A stretch of DNA of 64,000 nucleotides from Podarcis gaigeae (lineage: Eukaryota), in assembly GCA_964106915.2 (NCBI GenBank), contig OZ066914.1; one strand, written 5' to 3'. The notes under the pieces were generated by a model that saw nothing but the letters and a program-made list of their open reading frames with translations, searched no databases and had not been told where the DNA came from. Both the position numbers and the translations under genes were made by a program. Shown here one piece after another: positions 61,786 through 64,000 of the stretch. Each line of letters begins with the position of its first letter. Position 1 is the stretch's first letter.

Positions 61786-63469
61786 GTAAGAGGCAAATTA
61801 AAACAGACCAGATAAGTGCCTTTGCTGGAGGAGGACAGCCAGCTAGAAATGTTTCCCAATGGAATGCAGTTCAACTGTTTGGATATTTCACTAGTTTTCT
61901 GTCTAGTGAGTGTTGCTTTTTTTTTTTTTAATTCCTGTATTGTTGAAGTGGTCTAGGTTATTCTCATGACTGACACTTTTATGGGGCTGAATGAGACACT
62001 TGCCTGAAGCCTCAGGCCATGGGTGACAGATCAGTCCCTTTTCTCCCCCCTCACAGTCCCACCCCATCCCCACAAGTGATTACTCTTACCTCCCCAGTTT
62101 TGCTCACATCATCCTCATTTTTTGTTTATTGTCCTACACAGTAAATTGATGGTGCGCTGCCTCCATATGTCTTTTAAGTTTGGTGCAACTCCTCCTACTC
62201 CTCTGTTACTGGCCATAGCCAGGCCTCTACTGACTGACTGGTCACTTACCACACTACTGTCCTGCAGCAAGCCTGATCAGTGCTGCTATTTCTTGAGAAA
62301 TCTAGGTGGGTCACTCATTGTCTCATGGAAAGGTCTGGCTTTCTTGGGCTGTCAGGTGGCAACAGGGGTTGCCAGTGCTTGTTGGGTTGGCTGTCTGATA
62401 CTGTCTACTGACATAATGTAGTAGAGCTTCATTGTTAGAAAGACAAGCAGAAGCTTCTCATCTTCCTCAGTCCTTCATCATTGACATGACTGCACTAACT
62501 AGCCTGGGCAAGACATGTAGTGGTTTAGGAGGTGCACTTTTTAGAGTGGAAGATTTTTGAGGTCCTACATGTCCCCAAATCTGGCTGTTCAGCCAGCTAC
62601 CTCACTCTGTCACTTTTTGGCTCTGCAGCCAGCTTGCTTCCTGCTTTGAACATTAAGTCTCCACACTCCTTTCCCACTTTCTGCTGGCTGGGAGGGAGTG
62701 CCAGTGAGAAAAAAGTGGAGGTGCTGGCAGCATCCTGCCTCTTTCTGTGCCTTTGGTTTTCCTGCAATTCACTCCTCCAGGTAGAGAGTGCTAGTTCAAC
62801 TGAGCAGCAGAAGGGAGAGTGAATGAGCAGGTTTATTGCTGTGTTTTGTGCAAGTCCATAGCAGCAGTGGAGGGAAGTGTGTGTTCCCATGCCTATATAC
62901 CTACCTACCCCAGTCTGACCTAGTGGCAGAAGGAGACTGAGAGAGAACGCTTCTTTCTTATTCCTTACACCTTTTCTTCTTTCCTACCTGTACTCCTTCT
63001 CTTCTTGAAGCCATTGACCTTGCAACATTGTCCAAATAAGAAAACTTCTGACATGTGAAAGGGAAGAAGGGAAAAAGAGAGGACGAGTGTGTGCCAGAAT
63101 CCAGACAATGATGTTTCATAGCTGTGCTATCCCAATAGCAGACTATATATAATCACACACTCAGCCAGTTCCTACAGACCAGCTTCAATCTTGTTGTGCA
63201 CCAGAGTAGAGCTTTCATAGATCATAGTCAACTTCATCAGATGCAGTCTTGAAGGTGCCACAAGACTCCCCCTCTGGAAAATTTAGTGTATGAGGAATAA
63301 TAGAGAGCAAGAGTGAGAGAGCTGCTGTTGTCAAACAATACCATGAAGAACTTTGGCAGTGGTAAACATAAGTCAGTGAGTGTGGGTATGACAATGAATA
63401 TGCCATGCTCTATGTCTTTCACATTGTATCTGTCAACAATGGGGCATGCATAACCCAGCTGTAGAGGGG

Positions 63470-63828
63470 TACCACTGAGCCTCTTGGGCTTGCTGATTAG
63501 GAGGTCAGCTGTTTGAATCCTCATCACAGGGTGAGCTCCTGTTGCTCAGTTCCAGCTCCTGCCAACCTAGCAGTTTGAAAGCATGCCAGTGCAAGTAGAT
63601 AAATAAGTACCACTGTGGCAGAAAGGAAAACGGTGTTTCTGTGCACTCTGGTTTCCATCATGGTGTTCCATTGTGCTAGAAGCAGTTTAGTCATGCTGGC
63701 CACATGACCTGGAAAGCTGTCTGTGGACAAATGCCAGCTCCCTCGACTGGAAAGCGAGATGAGCGCCGCAACCCCATAGTTGCCTTTGACTGGACTTAAC
63801 CGTCCAGGGTTCCTTTATCTTTTTTTTT
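63470..63828 (+). mobile_element. Sauria SINE, near full length
   Basis: ACCACTGAGCC..., core GTGCAAGTAGATAAATAAGTACC, tail CAGGGTTCCTTTATCTTTT. Confidence 0.88.
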
Positions 63829-64000
63829 GTTAACCTTCTAGTGTTTGCGGGAGAATATGGGGGCAGGACACTAGATTATGTTGGAAATTAAGCAGTGTGT
63901 AGGAGTGATGGCTAATCTCTCTCTGTTTATGAATGAGAGGTGTGTGAGAGCATCCTGAATGTGGCAGAGGCACCATTTACTGCTCTGCCTCAGGTAGCAA

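Overview
Eukaryotic (vertebrate) genomic DNA from a squamate reptile, probably a lacertid lizard, judging from Sauria SINEs and squamate MITEs. It holds three spliced genes in tandem on the + strand, in the same order as the NUP160-FNBP4-AGBL2 block of human 11p11.2. NUP160: the last 32 coding exons (131-24337, 5' part outside the window). FNBP4: complete, 17 coding exons (27851-43765, about 955 aa, two WW domains). AGBL2/CCP2: the first 13 coding exons (47798-61785, continuing beyond the window). I reconstructed all exons by hand and their phases are consistent. Most ORFs in the supplied track are spurious intronic or antisense frames. Splicing oddities: a U12-type minor intron and a GC-AG intron in NUP160. 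The best candidate for an undescribed system is FNBP4 intron 11 (39000-39968). It splits WW2, is CpG-rich and free of recognisable repeats, and carries a decoy 3' splice site, an in-frame stop, two crossing or mutually exclusive helices and a tandem three-hairpin module before the acceptor, which suggests an RNA-structure-based splicing/NMD autoregulatory switch (inference). Other notable items: a solo LTR carrying a decayed acidic ORF, a nested-palindrome rearrangement at a broken MITE, a MITE in the FNBP4 promoter and an RFX X-box in the AGBL2 promoter.
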